In this document: positions 1-10,935 of the stretch, one piece after another
Numbering within the stretch: position 1 is the first letter of the stretch
Layout of the letters: every line of letters starts with the position of its first letter
NCBI GenBank assembly: GCA_004297825.1
Contig: SCSX01000060.1
Span: forward strand, 7,631-71,630
DNA: 64,000 nucleotides
Direction of reading: 5' to 3'
DNA from: Spirochaetota bacterium
Lineage (GTDB): Bacteria > Spirochaetota > UBA4802 > UBA5368
Translations under genes and position numbers: made by a program
The notes under the pieces: model-generated
The model's input: only the letters and a program-made list of their open reading frames with translations
What the model was told of the DNA's origin: nothing
The model's database searches: none

Positions 1-32
1 TATCTTAGTCCGCATAAATACCTTCCTCCCCA

Positions 33-527
33 TCATGAATGCGCCCGAACGCGCATGAGAAACACGCCGCACTCCAATGCCACAAGCGCGAGAGAAATAC
101 CGAAAAGAACATAAGTGTTCAATACGCCTGTCGCCGCAAGAACGATAGCGGCGATGGTGATTACCGCCGCCACCAGGGGGCCCATATACCTTCCGGCCGG
201 GATAGCCATTCCTTTCCGGGCCCTTATCCATGCAAGAAGAATCATGAGTACGTACGCAATCGACAGGAATACCATCATCTTTATTTTGAACCTGATATTG
301 ATGCCCGCCAGGAACACCGCCCCCAGGATCGCCCATGAGAGAAGGGGAGGGGTCTCATCTTTTTCGAGGAGCAATTCGCCCAGGAGCAACGCCACGAGTA
401 CGAAAAATAAAAGATTAGCGAATACGATCAGCTCTCCGGAGAAAAGGAGGATGTCATTGTATGAATAGGTGATGAAAAGCGCGGACATCCCGACAATGGT
501 TCTAAACGGCATATTCAGGTTGTTCAT
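33..527 (-). CDS. Small polytopic membrane protein, unknown function, downstream of the RND operon
   Basis: 164-aa ORF that is almost entirely hydrophobic, with about 4-5 predicted TM helices. Its start overlaps the 3' end of the RND permease ORF (502..527). No recognisable motif. Confidence 0.4.
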   Translation of the reverse strand: MNNLNMPFRTIVGMSALFITYSYNDILLFSGELIVFANLLFFVLVALLLGELLLEKDETPPLLSWAILGAVFLAGINIRFKIKMMVFLSIAYVLMILLAWIRARKGMAIPAGRYMGPLVAAVITIAAIVLAATGVLNTYVLFGISLALVALECGVFLMRVRAHS

Positions 528-3500
528 GTATCCCTCTCTTCTTTAAGTAATAGGTATAGGCATACGTGCAGAGCACCGGTATGAGCACGAGCGTCAGCAC
601 GGCAGAACAGGACATTCCGCTTATAATCGTACGCGAAAGCGGGCGCCACAGGTTGCTTCCCTCGCCGCCCTTGAGGAGCATCGGCACAAGGCCCATTATC
701 GTGGTAAGCGTCGTGATGCATACGGGGCGAAACCGCTCCAGGCACGCGGTCTTTATATACTCCCGGCAATCAGGGATGCCGAACTCTCTTCGCCGGTACC
801 CCTTATTGATCGCATCCACGAGAATAATGCCGTTGTTGACCGCCAGGCCCGCGAGTACTATGCACCCGATATACACGGAGATATTGATTGAGGAAATCGT
901 CAGAACCAGCATGAGAACGATCCCGATCGCCGCCAGCGGCACGGACGCCATGATGATGAACGGCAGGGTGAGCGATTCGAATTGGGACGCGAGAATCATA
1001 TACACGAAGAGCACGGCGAACACGACCGCGAACATCATTGAATGCCGCGTGGTTTCCATGCGCTTCACGCTTTCATCGAATTCGTAGTAGTATTCCTCGG
1101 GGAATTTGATGGTCTTGAATGCGTCCATGATCTTCGACGCGGCGCCTTCGGCTGAAATTCCCCCCAGTTTCGCCGTAATGGTAACACAACGGCGCCCGTT
1201 GTGCCGCCAGATACGCGTAGGGCCGTTCCCCTCTTCGACGGAAACAAGTTCTTTTAACGGCACCATCGACCCCTCGCTATTCACCAAAGAGTAGCCCAGT
1301 ATCCGTTGTATCGTATCGCGCTGGTTCTTCGCGAATTTAATTCTCACGTCCACCTCGCGATCGTTCTCAATATGCTTGGTGACGACGGGCCCAAAGAGCG
1401 CGCTCCTTAAAAACTGCGAAATGTCGTAAGGGGTGAGCATGGAGAGCGCCGCCTTCTGCCTGTCAACGTTGAGCCGGTATTCGGGCCTTCCCTCCCTGAA
1501 CCTGAGCACGCAATCGTCGACCCCGGGGATTTTCGAAACGAGGCGCGCGGCCGAAGAGGCGATTTCCCTCAAGGTTTCGTTTTCATTGCCTATAAAGGTG
1601 ATGTCGAGCTCGCGCGTATTTATTTCGGCCGATTCGGTAATGTACACGAAGCCTTCCCCGGGAGCGACGATTCGGCCAAGCTCGTCCTTTACGGATTTTT
1701 TTATCGCTTCTTGCTTTGATTTCGAGGAGTATGAATCATCAAGCTTGACGGAAAGCGTCCCCCTCCATTTCTCGACCTTCGTGGTGATCGAAGACGCGAT
1801 CTCCATGGATTTGAGCTTTTTCTCCGCGTCCCCCACGGCGCGGTCGATAAGATCGAGGGACTTGCCGGTCGGAAACTCCAGGTATACATAAAATTCGTTG
1901 GTGCTGAAAGGATCGATATACTCGTTTTTCAAAAGTGGAACCAGGAGCGCCGTTCCCACTACAATCCCCAACAGGTATTTAAGCACTTTTGGCCGGTTGC
2001 TAAAGGCGCCATCGAGTATGCGTGCATAGGCATTTCCCGCGCGGTTTTCATATCCGCTCATCGTTGTTAAAAGCTTTTTGAATTTTTCCACCAAACCGGA
2101 AATTGTTGAAAGTTTCATAGTATGACCGATACTGCCTTGAAACAAACGCGATAATTTTGCCGTTCGCGAACCGCCTTGTGCGGGCCCCCGGTTTTCGGAG
2201 ACTTCCGCATACAATGCGGGAATGAGTATGATCGCCACGGCAAGCGACACCGCGAGCGCGGAAGCGATTGTGAACACGAGGCCCAGGTACATTTTCCTGG
2301 TTGCTATATCGCCGAAAACGATCGGGAAAAAAGCGCCAATAGTCGCAAGCGTCGATGCGATAATGGCGTTTTTAACCACACCGACTCTTTCGAGTATGGT
2401 TTTTCGATCTATCGGGCCCGCCCGATAGATCGAGTCCGTTACTATTATCCCATTGGTAACGATCATTCCGGCCCCCATTGCCAGGCCGCTCAGGCTCATG
2501 AGGTCGATTCCGATCTTTAGAAAATACATGCCCGCGAAAACTATGATTATCGTAATGGGGATGGAGATGCTCATCGTGATAACCGGCGTCGCCTTCTTCA
2601 TGAACAGGATTAATACCACAATGACGATACAGACGCCCCAAATGCATGAAGTAATGACGTTGTTTACCGCCGACTGCACATACGTGCCCTGGTTATATAC
2701 AATCCCTATTTCAAAATCTTTCATGCCGCCGAGCAAGTCAATGGCCCTGCCGCATACGGCGAGCGTATTCGCGTCCCCTGCCTTATGCGCGTAGATCGTG
2801 ACACGCTCTTCGCCGTCCTGCCGGGAAATGTCCTCCTGCTCCCGGTAATCCTGCCGCACGTCACCGATATCGAAAATCCTGATGAGAGAGCCGCTCGGCG
2901 TGTTCATGGCGGCCGTATCGGCGATCTCCGCAATGTTTTTATAACGGGAGGAGGTATAAACGCTGTACTCGCGATGGCTCATCTGGAGCGTGCCCCCGGG
3001 CAGCGCCACATTGCTCTTCTGGATCGTGGCAAAGAGATCGTCGAATGAGAGAGAGCGGGCCTCAAATTTGGTACGGTCCACATTGATATGTATCTCGCGC
3101 TGGAGTCCGCCCACGACATTGATCTCCGAGATTCCCTCGATGCGCTGTAATTTGGATTTAATCTCGCGCTCCGCCATATCGCGAATCTGGGTGAGACTAG
3201 CCCCTTTCTTGTCGACCGTCGCGATGAGCACCGGCCTGTCCGACGGATCATAGCGCATGACTACCGGCTCCTGCACCTCGCGGGGAAAGCCGTCCCGGAT
3301 GAGACCTATCTTCTCGCGCACCTGGAGCGCGGAGATCTTGATATCGGACTCAATCTGGAAGCTTATATTAATTCTGGCCTTCCCCTCTTCCGACACCGAA
3401 TCTATCTTCTCGATGCCCGCCACCGTTTTCACGGCCTTCTCGACCGGCTTCACAATAATCGTTTCAATCTTTTCCGGGGATATTCCGGGATATTCGACAA

Positions 3501-3633
3501 TAACGGAGATCGCCGGGTATGCCGCCTGGGGCATGAGCGAAACCGGCAGCTTGTAATAACTCACCAGGCCGAACGCGCATAACGCCAGAAAGAGCATATA
3601 GGCGCTGATCCTGTTCTCAATGAAGTATTTCAT
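502..3633 (-). CDS. RND efflux permease, AcrB/AcrD/MdtC family (second of tandem pair)
   Basis: 1043 aa. N-terminal TM1, a large periplasmic loop and 12-TM topology are visible. AcrB-like blocks are present (GISxxxxxxIVxD, ALPGG). 4-bp overlap with the upstream RND gene. Confidence 0.9.
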   Translation of the reverse strand: MKYFIENRISAYMLFLALCAFGLVSYYKLPVSLMPQAAYPAISVIVEYPGISPEKIETIIVKPVEKAVKTVAGIEKIDSVSEEGKARINISFQIESDIKISALQVREKIGLIRDGFPREVQEPVVMRYDPSDRPVLIATVDKKGASLTQIRDMAEREIKSKLQRIEGISEINVVGGLQREIHINVDRTKFEARSLSFDDLFATIQKSNVALPGGTLQMSHREYSVYTSSRYKNIAEIADTAAMNTPSGSLIRIFDIGDVRQDYREQEDISRQDGEERVTIYAHKAGDANTLAVCGRAIDLLGGMKDFEIGIVYNQGTYVQSAVNNVITSCIWGVCIVIVVLILFMKKATPVITMSISIPITIIIVFAGMYFLKIGIDLMSLSGLAMGAGMIVTNGIIVTDSIYRAGPIDRKTILERVGVVKNAIIASTLATIGAFFPIVFGDIATRKMYLGLVFTIASALAVSLAVAIILIPALYAEVSENRGPAQGGSRTAKLSRLFQGSIGHTMKLSTISGLVEKFKKLLTTMSGYENRAGNAYARILDGAFSNRPKVLKYLLGIVVGTALLVPLLKNEYIDPFSTNEFYVYLEFPTGKSLDLIDRAVGDAEKKLKSMEIASSITTKVEKWRGTLSVKLDDSYSSKSKQEAIKKSVKDELGRIVAPGEGFVYITESAEINTRELDITFIGNENETLREIASSAARLVSKIPGVDDCVLRFREGRPEYRLNVDRQKAALSMLTPYDISQFLRSALFGPVVTKHIENDREVDVRIKFAKNQRDTIQRILGYSLVNSEGSMVPLKELVSVEEGNGPTRIWRHNGRRCVTITAKLGGISAEGAASKIMDAFKTIKFPEEYYYEFDESVKRMETTRHSMMFAVVFAVLFVYMILASQFESLTLPFIIMASVPLAAIGIVLMLVLTISSINISVYIGCIVLAGLAVNNGIILVDAINKGYRRREFGIPDCREYIKTACLERFRPVCITTLTTIMGLVPMLLKGGEGSNLWRPLSRTIISGMSCSAVLTLVLIPVLCTYAYTYYLKKRGIHEQPEYAV

Positions 3634-6600
3634 CGCGCGGACTTCCCCGCGACCATGGCGTAGATCGTCGGTACGACCACCATGGTGAGAAACGTGGAAA
3701 CCGTGAGTCCTCCAATGACCGCGATAGCCATCGGTCGCTGGAGCTCGGAACCCTCACCCATCCCGATCGCAAGGGGCACCAGCGCGAGAATCGTCGTGAG
3801 TGTCGTATTTAAAATCGGCTCTAATCGTTTCTTGCCGGCTTCAATTATTGCGTCGTGGAGACCCACACCCTCCCGGTGTTCCTTGCTGATGAAGTCGAAC
3901 AGGATGATGGCGTTCGCTACGACGTTTCCCGCGAGCATCACGATGCCGATTCCCGAATTGATATTGAGGGAAGTCCCGGTAAGGAGAAGCGAGGCCGATA
4001 CGCCCAGGATAGTGACGGGAATGCTTAACATAATAATGAACGGGCTGACCAGCGATTGAAACTGGGATGCCAGGACCATGTAGACAAGGATAATGGCGAA
4101 TCCCAGCATGAAGCCGATATCGCCCAGGGAACGGGAAATCTCGTCGCGTTCCCCCGCGAATTTAACCTCATACCCTTCCTTCAGATTGAGATGCGAAAGC
4201 ATGCGCTCGACTTTACCGAATACCATCGCCTTCGATCCCACGATATCGGCGGTAATCCGGTTGATTCGATTCTGCTCGCTTCTTATAATTTTATTGGGGC
4301 TGCTCCCCTCCTCAATGGTAATGATCTTGCCGAGCGGAATGTTCGCTTCCGTACTTGATTTTACCAAAATGCGCCTCAATGAATCCTTTTCCGACCTGTC
4401 TTCGCGCCTGAGCCTTACACGCACATCGATTTCATCGTCGCTTTCGCGATATTTTGTGGCAATCTCTCCTCGCACTGCCGCGCGCAGCCCCGAGGCAATA
4501 TCGCTAATGTTAATGCCCAGGGAAGCCATCGCGGTCCGGTCGATATTGACTTTTAGTTCCGGGTGTCCGCGGTCTAATGCGGCTGAAATGTTCCTTACCT
4601 CCGGTATGGCGGCGAGTCCTTCATGGACCCGTTCGCCGATCTTCATGAGCTCGTCGCGTTCCTTGCCATACACCTCCAGGGTGAGGGCCTTTCCCCCCTG
4701 TCCAAAAAGCGATTCAACCACGCTCTCTTTTACGATATAGTCCATTTTCACCATCTCGCCCACGCGTATTTCATTTTGCAGGGCGCTCACGATCTTACTC
4801 ACATGGGGCCTTCGTCCCCCTTTGAGGAAAATCTGGATGAGTATGTTATTCGAAGCGCGTCCGGACGATTTTTCCGAGATGTTGTCATCGGGATCGGACC
4901 CGATCTTCGCGTAGACGTCCCGTACATACGGCTTCTTCAGCAGATAGCTTTCTATCCGGGTGCTCATTTCGGCGCTTTCCGCCAGCGGGGTTCCCTTTGG
5001 CATTTCGATATCGATCGCCAGCTCCCCTGGATCCACACGCGGCATCAGTTCCTTGTCTACAAACAAGAAAAGAATGGCGCCAAAGGCCATGGAAACAAGT
5101 CCGGCCACGAGAACGCGTTTCTTGTTGGCAAGCGTATATTCCATGATTGTGGTATAGAGGGCGATCGCCCGTTCCATGAAAACATCTGAAAAATCAAACA
5201 CCATCTGCTGTATTCCCGAAAGAGTCTTCGTAATCCGGCTATCCCGGAAAATTTCCGGAGAAGGAATATCCAACGCCACGATCATCGGGATGAATAAAAA
5301 TGACGAAAGAAGCGAACAAAGCAGCGAGAACGTTATCGTCAGGGCCAATTCGCTAAAAACCGCTCCGCTCAAACCGGTAATGAAAACCAGCGGGGCGAAT
5401 ACGATTACCGTGGTGAGAGTGGATGTCGTGACGGGAATAAACACTTCCCTGGTGCCGGCAATGACATTCGCAATTCTGCTTTTTCCCTTCCCGCGTTTAA
5501 GTTCATCGGCGATTGATTCCAGTACGACCGTTCCCGCATCGACCATAACCCCCACGCCCAGGGCGAGACCTCCAAGCGACATGGTATTGATAGAGATTCC
5601 CTTAAAATACATAAGTGCAAAAGTACCTAAAATCGAAATGGGGATGGATGAGGATATAATCAATGGATAGCGGACGTTTTTCAGAAAAAACCACAGTACA
5701 AGAATGGAAATCAGGCCGCCCATCACCGCGGCATTGAGTACATTATCGATCGAACTTTGAATGAAGGACGACTGATCGAATACGTTTGCGAGCTGGAATT
5801 CCTTGTGATACTTTGCGGAAAGCTCCGTGATTCGCTCTCGCACACGGGAGCACACGTCCATGGTGTTTTTCCCGGGCTCCTTCCTGATCAGGAGCCCCAC
5901 GGCCTCTTTGCCGTTCAGGCGAACAATGCATTTTCGGTCCCGGAATCCGTCCTGAATTTCACCAATTTCCTTGAGATAGATCGGAACCCCCGCGTCATTG
6001 CGGCCGACCACAACCTTATTCATCTCCGCGACATTGCGAAATTCGCCCACCGTCCGTACCAGGTACTCCCTGTCCTTTTTTTCCACGTATCCCGCGGGAA
6101 AGCTGAAGTTCGCCATATTCACGCCTTCGATGACTTCGGCGAGTGAAAGGCTATGCGCGTAAATTTTTCCGCAATCCAGGTTTATATTAACCTGCCTTCT
6201 GTAGCCGCCCATGATATCGACGAGCGCGACCCCCTCGATTCTTTCCAGGTACGGTATTATTTCCTTTTCGATTCTCCTTCGCAGCTGTGCAAAATCGTTT
6301 TCAGTCCCTGAAGGGAGCGCGATCGTATATATCATGACCGGATCGGATTTCGGATCGAACTTTATGACTGTGGATTTTCCCGTATCCTGGGGAAGCTGCG
6401 TTTTAATAATATCAGCTTTCTCCTTGGTTTCGATGAGGGCCATATCCATATTGGTTCCCCATTGAAATCTCACCGTCACCAGGCTTAATCCCTCAAGGGA
6501 TTCCGAATAGACCGACAACACGCCGTTAACGGAGCTCGCCGCCTCTTCTATATATCGCGTAACGAGTTGTTCCACCTCGGTGGGGGATGCGTTTTCATAG

Positions 6601-6746
6601 GGGGTAACGATGGTAAGGCGCGGAAACTCGATATCGGGCAGGAGTTGTACGGGAAGTTTTTCGACTGCAATGAAACCTACCAGGCAAATTCCCAGGAAGA
6701 CCATCGCGGTCGTGACCCGCCGTTTTATAAAAGTATCGAGCATCAC
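3630..6746 (-). CDS. RND efflux permease, AcrB/MdtB family (first of tandem pair)
   Basis: 1038 aa. MMLDTFIKRRVTTAMVFLGICLVG N-terminus typical of HAE1 RND pumps, with two large periplasmic loops and conserved C-terminal TM bundle motifs. 4-bp overlaps on both sides. Confidence 0.9.
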   Translation of the reverse strand: MMLDTFIKRRVTTAMVFLGICLVGFIAVEKLPVQLLPDIEFPRLTIVTPYENASPTEVEQLVTRYIEEAASSVNGVLSVYSESLEGLSLVTVRFQWGTNMDMALIETKEKADIIKTQLPQDTGKSTVIKFDPKSDPVMIYTIALPSGTENDFAQLRRRIEKEIIPYLERIEGVALVDIMGGYRRQVNINLDCGKIYAHSLSLAEVIEGVNMANFSFPAGYVEKKDREYLVRTVGEFRNVAEMNKVVVGRNDAGVPIYLKEIGEIQDGFRDRKCIVRLNGKEAVGLLIRKEPGKNTMDVCSRVRERITELSAKYHKEFQLANVFDQSSFIQSSIDNVLNAAVMGGLISILVLWFFLKNVRYPLIISSSIPISILGTFALMYFKGISINTMSLGGLALGVGVMVDAGTVVLESIADELKRGKGKSRIANVIAGTREVFIPVTTSTLTTVIVFAPLVFITGLSGAVFSELALTITFSLLCSLLSSFLFIPMIVALDIPSPEIFRDSRITKTLSGIQQMVFDFSDVFMERAIALYTTIMEYTLANKKRVLVAGLVSMAFGAILFLFVDKELMPRVDPGELAIDIEMPKGTPLAESAEMSTRIESYLLKKPYVRDVYAKIGSDPDDNISEKSSGRASNNILIQIFLKGGRRPHVSKIVSALQNEIRVGEMVKMDYIVKESVVESLFGQGGKALTLEVYGKERDELMKIGERVHEGLAAIPEVRNISAALDRGHPELKVNIDRTAMASLGINISDIASGLRAAVRGEIATKYRESDDEIDVRVRLRREDRSEKDSLRRILVKSSTEANIPLGKIITIEEGSSPNKIIRSEQNRINRITADIVGSKAMVFGKVERMLSHLNLKEGYEVKFAGERDEISRSLGDIGFMLGFAIILVYMVLASQFQSLVSPFIIMLSIPVTILGVSASLLLTGTSLNINSGIGIVMLAGNVVANAIILFDFISKEHREGVGLHDAIIEAGKKRLEPILNTTLTTILALVPLAIGMGEGSELQRPMAIAVIGGLTVSTFLTMVVVPTIYAMVAGKSAR

Positions 6747-8176
6747 TTTGTTTCGCGCACCTTCATTCCCGGATATGCCATGGTGACGCCCTTTGCGATT
6801 ATCTCGTCGTCCTCCGAGATGCCTTCCAGAATCTCAGTCTCCGAACCGTATTCTTTTCCGATTTTTACTTTTTGCTTGAAAACCAGATTTTTTGATATGA
6901 GGTAGATTTCAGCGTCTTTTTCATCTTTCTTGATCAACGCGGATGAGGGGACCATGATTTTATCCGACTTTTCGGCGGTGATGATTTTCGCACGGGCAAA
7001 CATTCCGGGAAGCAGCCGGTTGCCGGGATTGTTGACGATCGCCTTTACCTCGACCGTCCTTGTTTTGGGATCCACGGCGGGGGTAATTCTATCTATTTTT
7101 CCCTTAAATACCTCCTCCCCGAGAGCATCCACAGTGAATTCCACCGATTGATTCTTCTTTATGATTTTTATATCCTGCTCGTTTACGTTCATGGATACAA
7201 AGACTTTCGAAATATTAAGAATAATGCCAATGACCGATTCATTCTTAACCATTTCCCCCGATTCCATGTTTTTCGCGGCGACATACCCGGTGAGCGGTGA
7301 ACGAATATAGGTTTCGTTGAGGAGCATCTGGGTTGATTCGACATTCTTTTCGAGTTGCTTGATTCTGGATTTGGCCGCCTCTAGCTCGGCCCTCTCCATC
7401 TTTGTATTTATCTGTTTGATAAATTCGTATTTCTTTGCATCGCTGTCGGGTAATTCATGCCCCTCTGCCTGTATATCCTCGTCCCTGAACCCGACCAACT
7501 GTATATCCAGATCGGATTTCGCGAGCAGGTATTTTGTATAAAGGGTCGTGTGCTGGGCTTTAAGCGATTCCATATCGCTCTCGCTTATCCCGCCCATTTT
7601 AAACAGTTCATCTTTATTCTTGAGCATGCGCTCCATGTTGTCGTACGATACTTTTTTGTCATTGAGGTCGGCTTTTGCCTTCTCAATGGTCTTTAGCTTG
7701 ATTTCCATTCCACGCAGGGCATTTTCGTATTTTGCCCTGGCAAGGTCAACCGAGCGTGCCGCAACCTCCATCTCCGCCTGCTGTTCCTTGAGATTAAGTT
7801 CCAACGGCATTCGCTCGATTTCCGCGATCAGCTCGCCCCGATCTACCGTTTTACCTTCATATAGATAAAGACGCTCCAGCCTGCCGGCGACCTTGGAGGA
7901 AATGTTCACTTTCTCCAAATAAACTATCTGGCCCAATATTTCGATATCATCGGCGACTTTTTTCTTTTTTACCGTCATTAGCTCAATCGAATCCCTTCCG
8001 AATACCTCATTTGTTTCCGAGTCGTCGGTATTCGGAAGAATAATCAGGGTGATTGTCGGAATAAGCGTTGAAATGATAATGATCGCCAATAAGACGAGCA
8101 TGGCGGCTCTTGCACGCTTGTTTCGTGTTTGAAACCAATCGATTGCCGATCGCAGGATTTCACCCGGTTTTTTCAT
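6743..8176 (-). CDS. RND membrane fusion protein (HlyD/AcrA family periplasmic adaptor)
   Basis: 477 aa. N-terminal TM anchor, a long coiled-coil/alpha-hairpin region rich in E/K/L, and a C-terminal beta-barrel/lipoyl-like domain. Translationally coupled to the RND gene. Confidence 0.85.
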   Translation of the reverse strand: MKKPGEILRSAIDWFQTRNKRARAAMLVLLAIIIISTLIPTITLIILPNTDDSETNEVFGRDSIELMTVKKKKVADDIEILGQIVYLEKVNISSKVAGRLERLYLYEGKTVDRGELIAEIERMPLELNLKEQQAEMEVAARSVDLARAKYENALRGMEIKLKTIEKAKADLNDKKVSYDNMERMLKNKDELFKMGGISESDMESLKAQHTTLYTKYLLAKSDLDIQLVGFRDEDIQAEGHELPDSDAKKYEFIKQINTKMERAELEAAKSRIKQLEKNVESTQMLLNETYIRSPLTGYVAAKNMESGEMVKNESVIGIILNISKVFVSMNVNEQDIKIIKKNQSVEFTVDALGEEVFKGKIDRITPAVDPKTRTVEVKAIVNNPGNRLLPGMFARAKIITAEKSDKIMVPSSALIKKDEKDAEIYLISKNLVFKQKVKIGKEYGSETEILEGISEDDEIIAKGVTMAYPGMKVRETK

Positions 8177-9669
8177 GGTGTGCTTCCATTCCTTCGTAAT
8201 GCGACTTGCAGAAATCCCACATCAACTCCCAATGCGATTTCAAAGGTAGAGGCGAGTTGCAGGTACCTGATTATCGCGTTCAGGTACGACAATGCCGACT
8301 CTCCCCGTTCAATCTCTTTCTTGATCAAATCATAGCGGCGGGAATCCCCCAGGTTTGCTTTGAGTCGTTCGATTTCAAGCTGGGCATCATATAATTCAAG
8401 CTGCTGCTTCGCTATCTCGATCATCTTCCAGCCATTAATGAGCGCGCTGTAATTCGTAGCCACCTCGAGGGCTATCTGCTGGCGGATCTCTTTTTTCTTG
8501 TATTTTGCAGTAATATAATCGATAGAGCTCTGAACGAGCTCCTGTTCGTAATCCAGCCGGTCAAGGAGGTTAACGGACCCGTTGCTGGAAAGGATACGGG
8601 CGTTTTTATTTCCTTCCTCTGTATAGCCTCCCCCCATGGTGGCGCTGTTACCGAAAATCCGTGTGGTGACCTTGAAATTTACTCCCCACCCTTGTTCCCT
8701 GGGAAAATAGCGATCATCAGTGAGGGAGTAACTTGCGCCAAGTGAAAATTCGGGAAAGTAGTAGTACTTGCTCATGAGATATTTTTTCTGGTTAATCATA
8801 AATTCCACGTCTGCGCTATCGATCTCTTTACGATTTCTCAATGAAGTTACTATCAGGTCATCGATCGGATGCTTTTCCTCATTGATCCTGGAAATTATGA
8901 AGTCTTTCTCGATATCGCCCTTTAGCGCAACACGCTGCCGCCAATCCATTCTGAGCATCAGCTTGAATTTATTGAGACCGATCGCGAAATCATCCTTTGC
9001 TTTTTCAAGATTCAATTCGATCTCTTTGACCTTGGCTTCGATCTCCATTCTGTCGAACCTGGTCGCCTCCCCCAATTCCAGCTCTTTGGAAATGAACTTG
9101 AGCTGCATTTGGCCTTGGACGAGCGTTTTCTTGTGAATGGCAATTGCGTCACGCTGTTGCAGTAAACTAAAAAATGAATTTCCCGTATCGGCGATCAGCC
9201 GGTTGACCGCGATACGATAATCATTACGTGCGAGTATCGATTGAAGCTTTGCGACGTCATAGGCAAGTTTTTTCTGACCGCCGTCATAGACGACAAGATT
9301 GGATTCGGCGGTGAATCGATATTGGCGTGAATCGGCCTCGCGGAGCCTGGCTTCTTCCGTTTGCATGTATGAAACCGATAGTGTAGGAAAGAAGTCGCGC
9401 CATCGTTGGGAAATTACACAATCGCGTACCCGTTCCTGCGCTCCGATCGATTTTAAATCGATGCTGTTATTGATTGCGATGCCGAGTGAATTTTCCAGAT
9501 CAAGTCGAATTTCGTCTTCATAGCGCGGGGCTGAAATGTTCGATGTCGCATCTTCATCCACATCCATCGGCTTAACCGCATATGCCGCCATTGCATTCCA
9601 CAGTAAAGCGGAGATGACACTGATCACGCTTATGAACCTGATCGTACGCAGAAAGGAATAAGGCAGCAT
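8173..9669 (-). CDS. Outer membrane efflux protein (TolC-like OMF)
   Basis: 498 aa. Signal peptide, then two internal repeats of long alpha-helical coiled-coil segments with beta segments, typical of the OEP family. 4-bp overlap with the membrane fusion protein. Confidence 0.8.
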   Translation of the reverse strand: MLPYSFLRTIRFISVISVISALLWNAMAAYAVKPMDVDEDATSNISAPRYEDEIRLDLENSLGIAINNSIDLKSIGAQERVRDCVISQRWRDFFPTLSVSYMQTEEARLREADSRQYRFTAESNLVVYDGGQKKLAYDVAKLQSILARNDYRIAVNRLIADTGNSFFSLLQQRDAIAIHKKTLVQGQMQLKFISKELELGEATRFDRMEIEAKVKEIELNLEKAKDDFAIGLNKFKLMLRMDWRQRVALKGDIEKDFIISRINEEKHPIDDLIVTSLRNRKEIDSADVEFMINQKKYLMSKYYYFPEFSLGASYSLTDDRYFPREQGWGVNFKVTTRIFGNSATMGGGYTEEGNKNARILSSNGSVNLLDRLDYEQELVQSSIDYITAKYKKKEIRQQIALEVATNYSALINGWKMIEIAKQQLELYDAQLEIERLKANLGDSRRYDLIKKEIERGESALSYLNAIIRYLQLASTFEIALGVDVGFLQVALRRNGSTP

Positions 9670-9679
9670 GGCAGTTCGA

Positions 9680-10219
9680 TTAACTCCCCGTATGGAGCAC
9701 GCTGCTGATTTCTTTCACGATGGCAGACGCTATTTTTTCGAGGGTTTTCAAATTCGAGAGCGAATCATTGAGCACATACCGGACTTCTCCAATTTTTTCA
9801 CCGGCGCGGGTATAAAGAAAAACGGTAATCGAAGAACTGGTATTAGTTTCGATCGTATCACCGGAGGTTATTTCGGCAAGCACGCCTTGAACATACAAAT
9901 CGAATTGATACGTTGTGCCCAGTTCTTTGATCTCATCGGAGGTGAAAAGCCTGATCTCGTTCGTCTTCTGGTTGGTTGTAGATGCCGCGACACGTTGAAG
10001 CTCCGTGCTTACCCCGCGTTTGAATAGTTCGAATTTAAGCGCATCGGCAAAATTCAGCGCAACATAGGGATCGTATCCAAGGTTTCGTTTCTCAAAAGTG
10101 CCAATCTGAACTTTTGCGATACGAGCCGGGGCCTTCTCTTTCTGGATATGCATATCGACCCCAGCGCATGACAGTAAGGCAAAAATGGCGATTATAACAC
10201 CTGCGATCGTATTTCTCAT
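9680..10219 (-). CDS. Hypothetical lipoprotein
   Basis: 179 aa. Signal peptide with lipobox (LLSCAG). 4-bp overlap with the upstream TPR lipoprotein gene. No known motif. Confidence 0.5.
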   Translation of the reverse strand: MRNTIAGVIIAIFALLSCAGVDMHIQKEKAPARIAKVQIGTFEKRNLGYDPYVALNFADALKFELFKRGVSTELQRVAASTTNQKTNEIRLFTSDEIKELGTTYQFDLYVQGVLAEITSGDTIETNTSSSITVFLYTRAGEKIGEVRYVLNDSLSNLKTLEKIASAIVKEISSVLHTGS

Positions 10220-10905
10220 TTTTCAATTTCCCCCATTATCACCTGCAGTCCCTTCTTGTTGACTTCCGCCGCATCCGCTATTTTTAATGCGGTTTTCATC
10301 TCCCTGATCGACTTATCCTTGAGGCCCATACGGCGATAGAGCAATCCAAGATTCGCCCGTGTATTCACGAGCGCTTCTTCCTCCTCTAAAGCGGTCAGGT
10401 ATTCCGCAAGCGCTTCCTTATAGAGGGCTCTCTTTTCGTAAAGCAATGCAAGCAGCGAACGTGCATGGATATGATGCGAATCAAGCTCCAGAACGCGTGT
10501 AAGGCTTTCAATTGCCTGCAGTTCGAGCGTCTGTTCATCGGCATTGTCTTTCTTGGGCATCACCGTGAGTATGCGCGCTTTCCAGAAAAGACCGCCGGTG
10601 TGGTCCCGGTTCTCTTTCAGGATTATGCTCACCCGGGAAAGCGCGTCGCCGAATTCCTTTTTAAAATAGTGAATTTTAGCAATCATCAGGTGAGCGTTTA
10701 GAAGGGTCTTATCGTGGTTTAATGCCTCGGAAAAATGGGCGCGCGCCGTATCCAATTCCTGGCGCGTGTAGGCCTCTTTTCCTTTCAGGTAGAATTCCTG
10801 GGCCTTCTCGGTATTTTTCCCGCACGCGAATACGAATAGGGAGCAGATGATGAAATTTAGTAAACAAATTGCAAGTCGACGCATAACTTTGGCCGCCTTC
10901 ACCAT
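10216..10905 (-). CDS. TPR-repeat lipoprotein
   Basis: 229 aa. Lipobox FACG after a hydrophobic signal. Several 34-residue TPR-like repeats (AxxxFxxALxxDP type). Confidence 0.6.
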   Translation of the reverse strand: MVKAAKVMRRLAICLLNFIICSLFVFACGKNTEKAQEFYLKGKEAYTRQELDTARAHFSEALNHDKTLLNAHLMIAKIHYFKKEFGDALSRVSIILKENRDHTGGLFWKARILTVMPKKDNADEQTLELQAIESLTRVLELDSHHIHARSLLALLYEKRALYKEALAEYLTALEEEEALVNTRANLGLLYRRMGLKDKSIREMKTALKIADAAEVNKKGLQVIMGEIEK

Positions 10906-10935
10906 TCAATGAGAATGATGGATGTGTACTTCTCT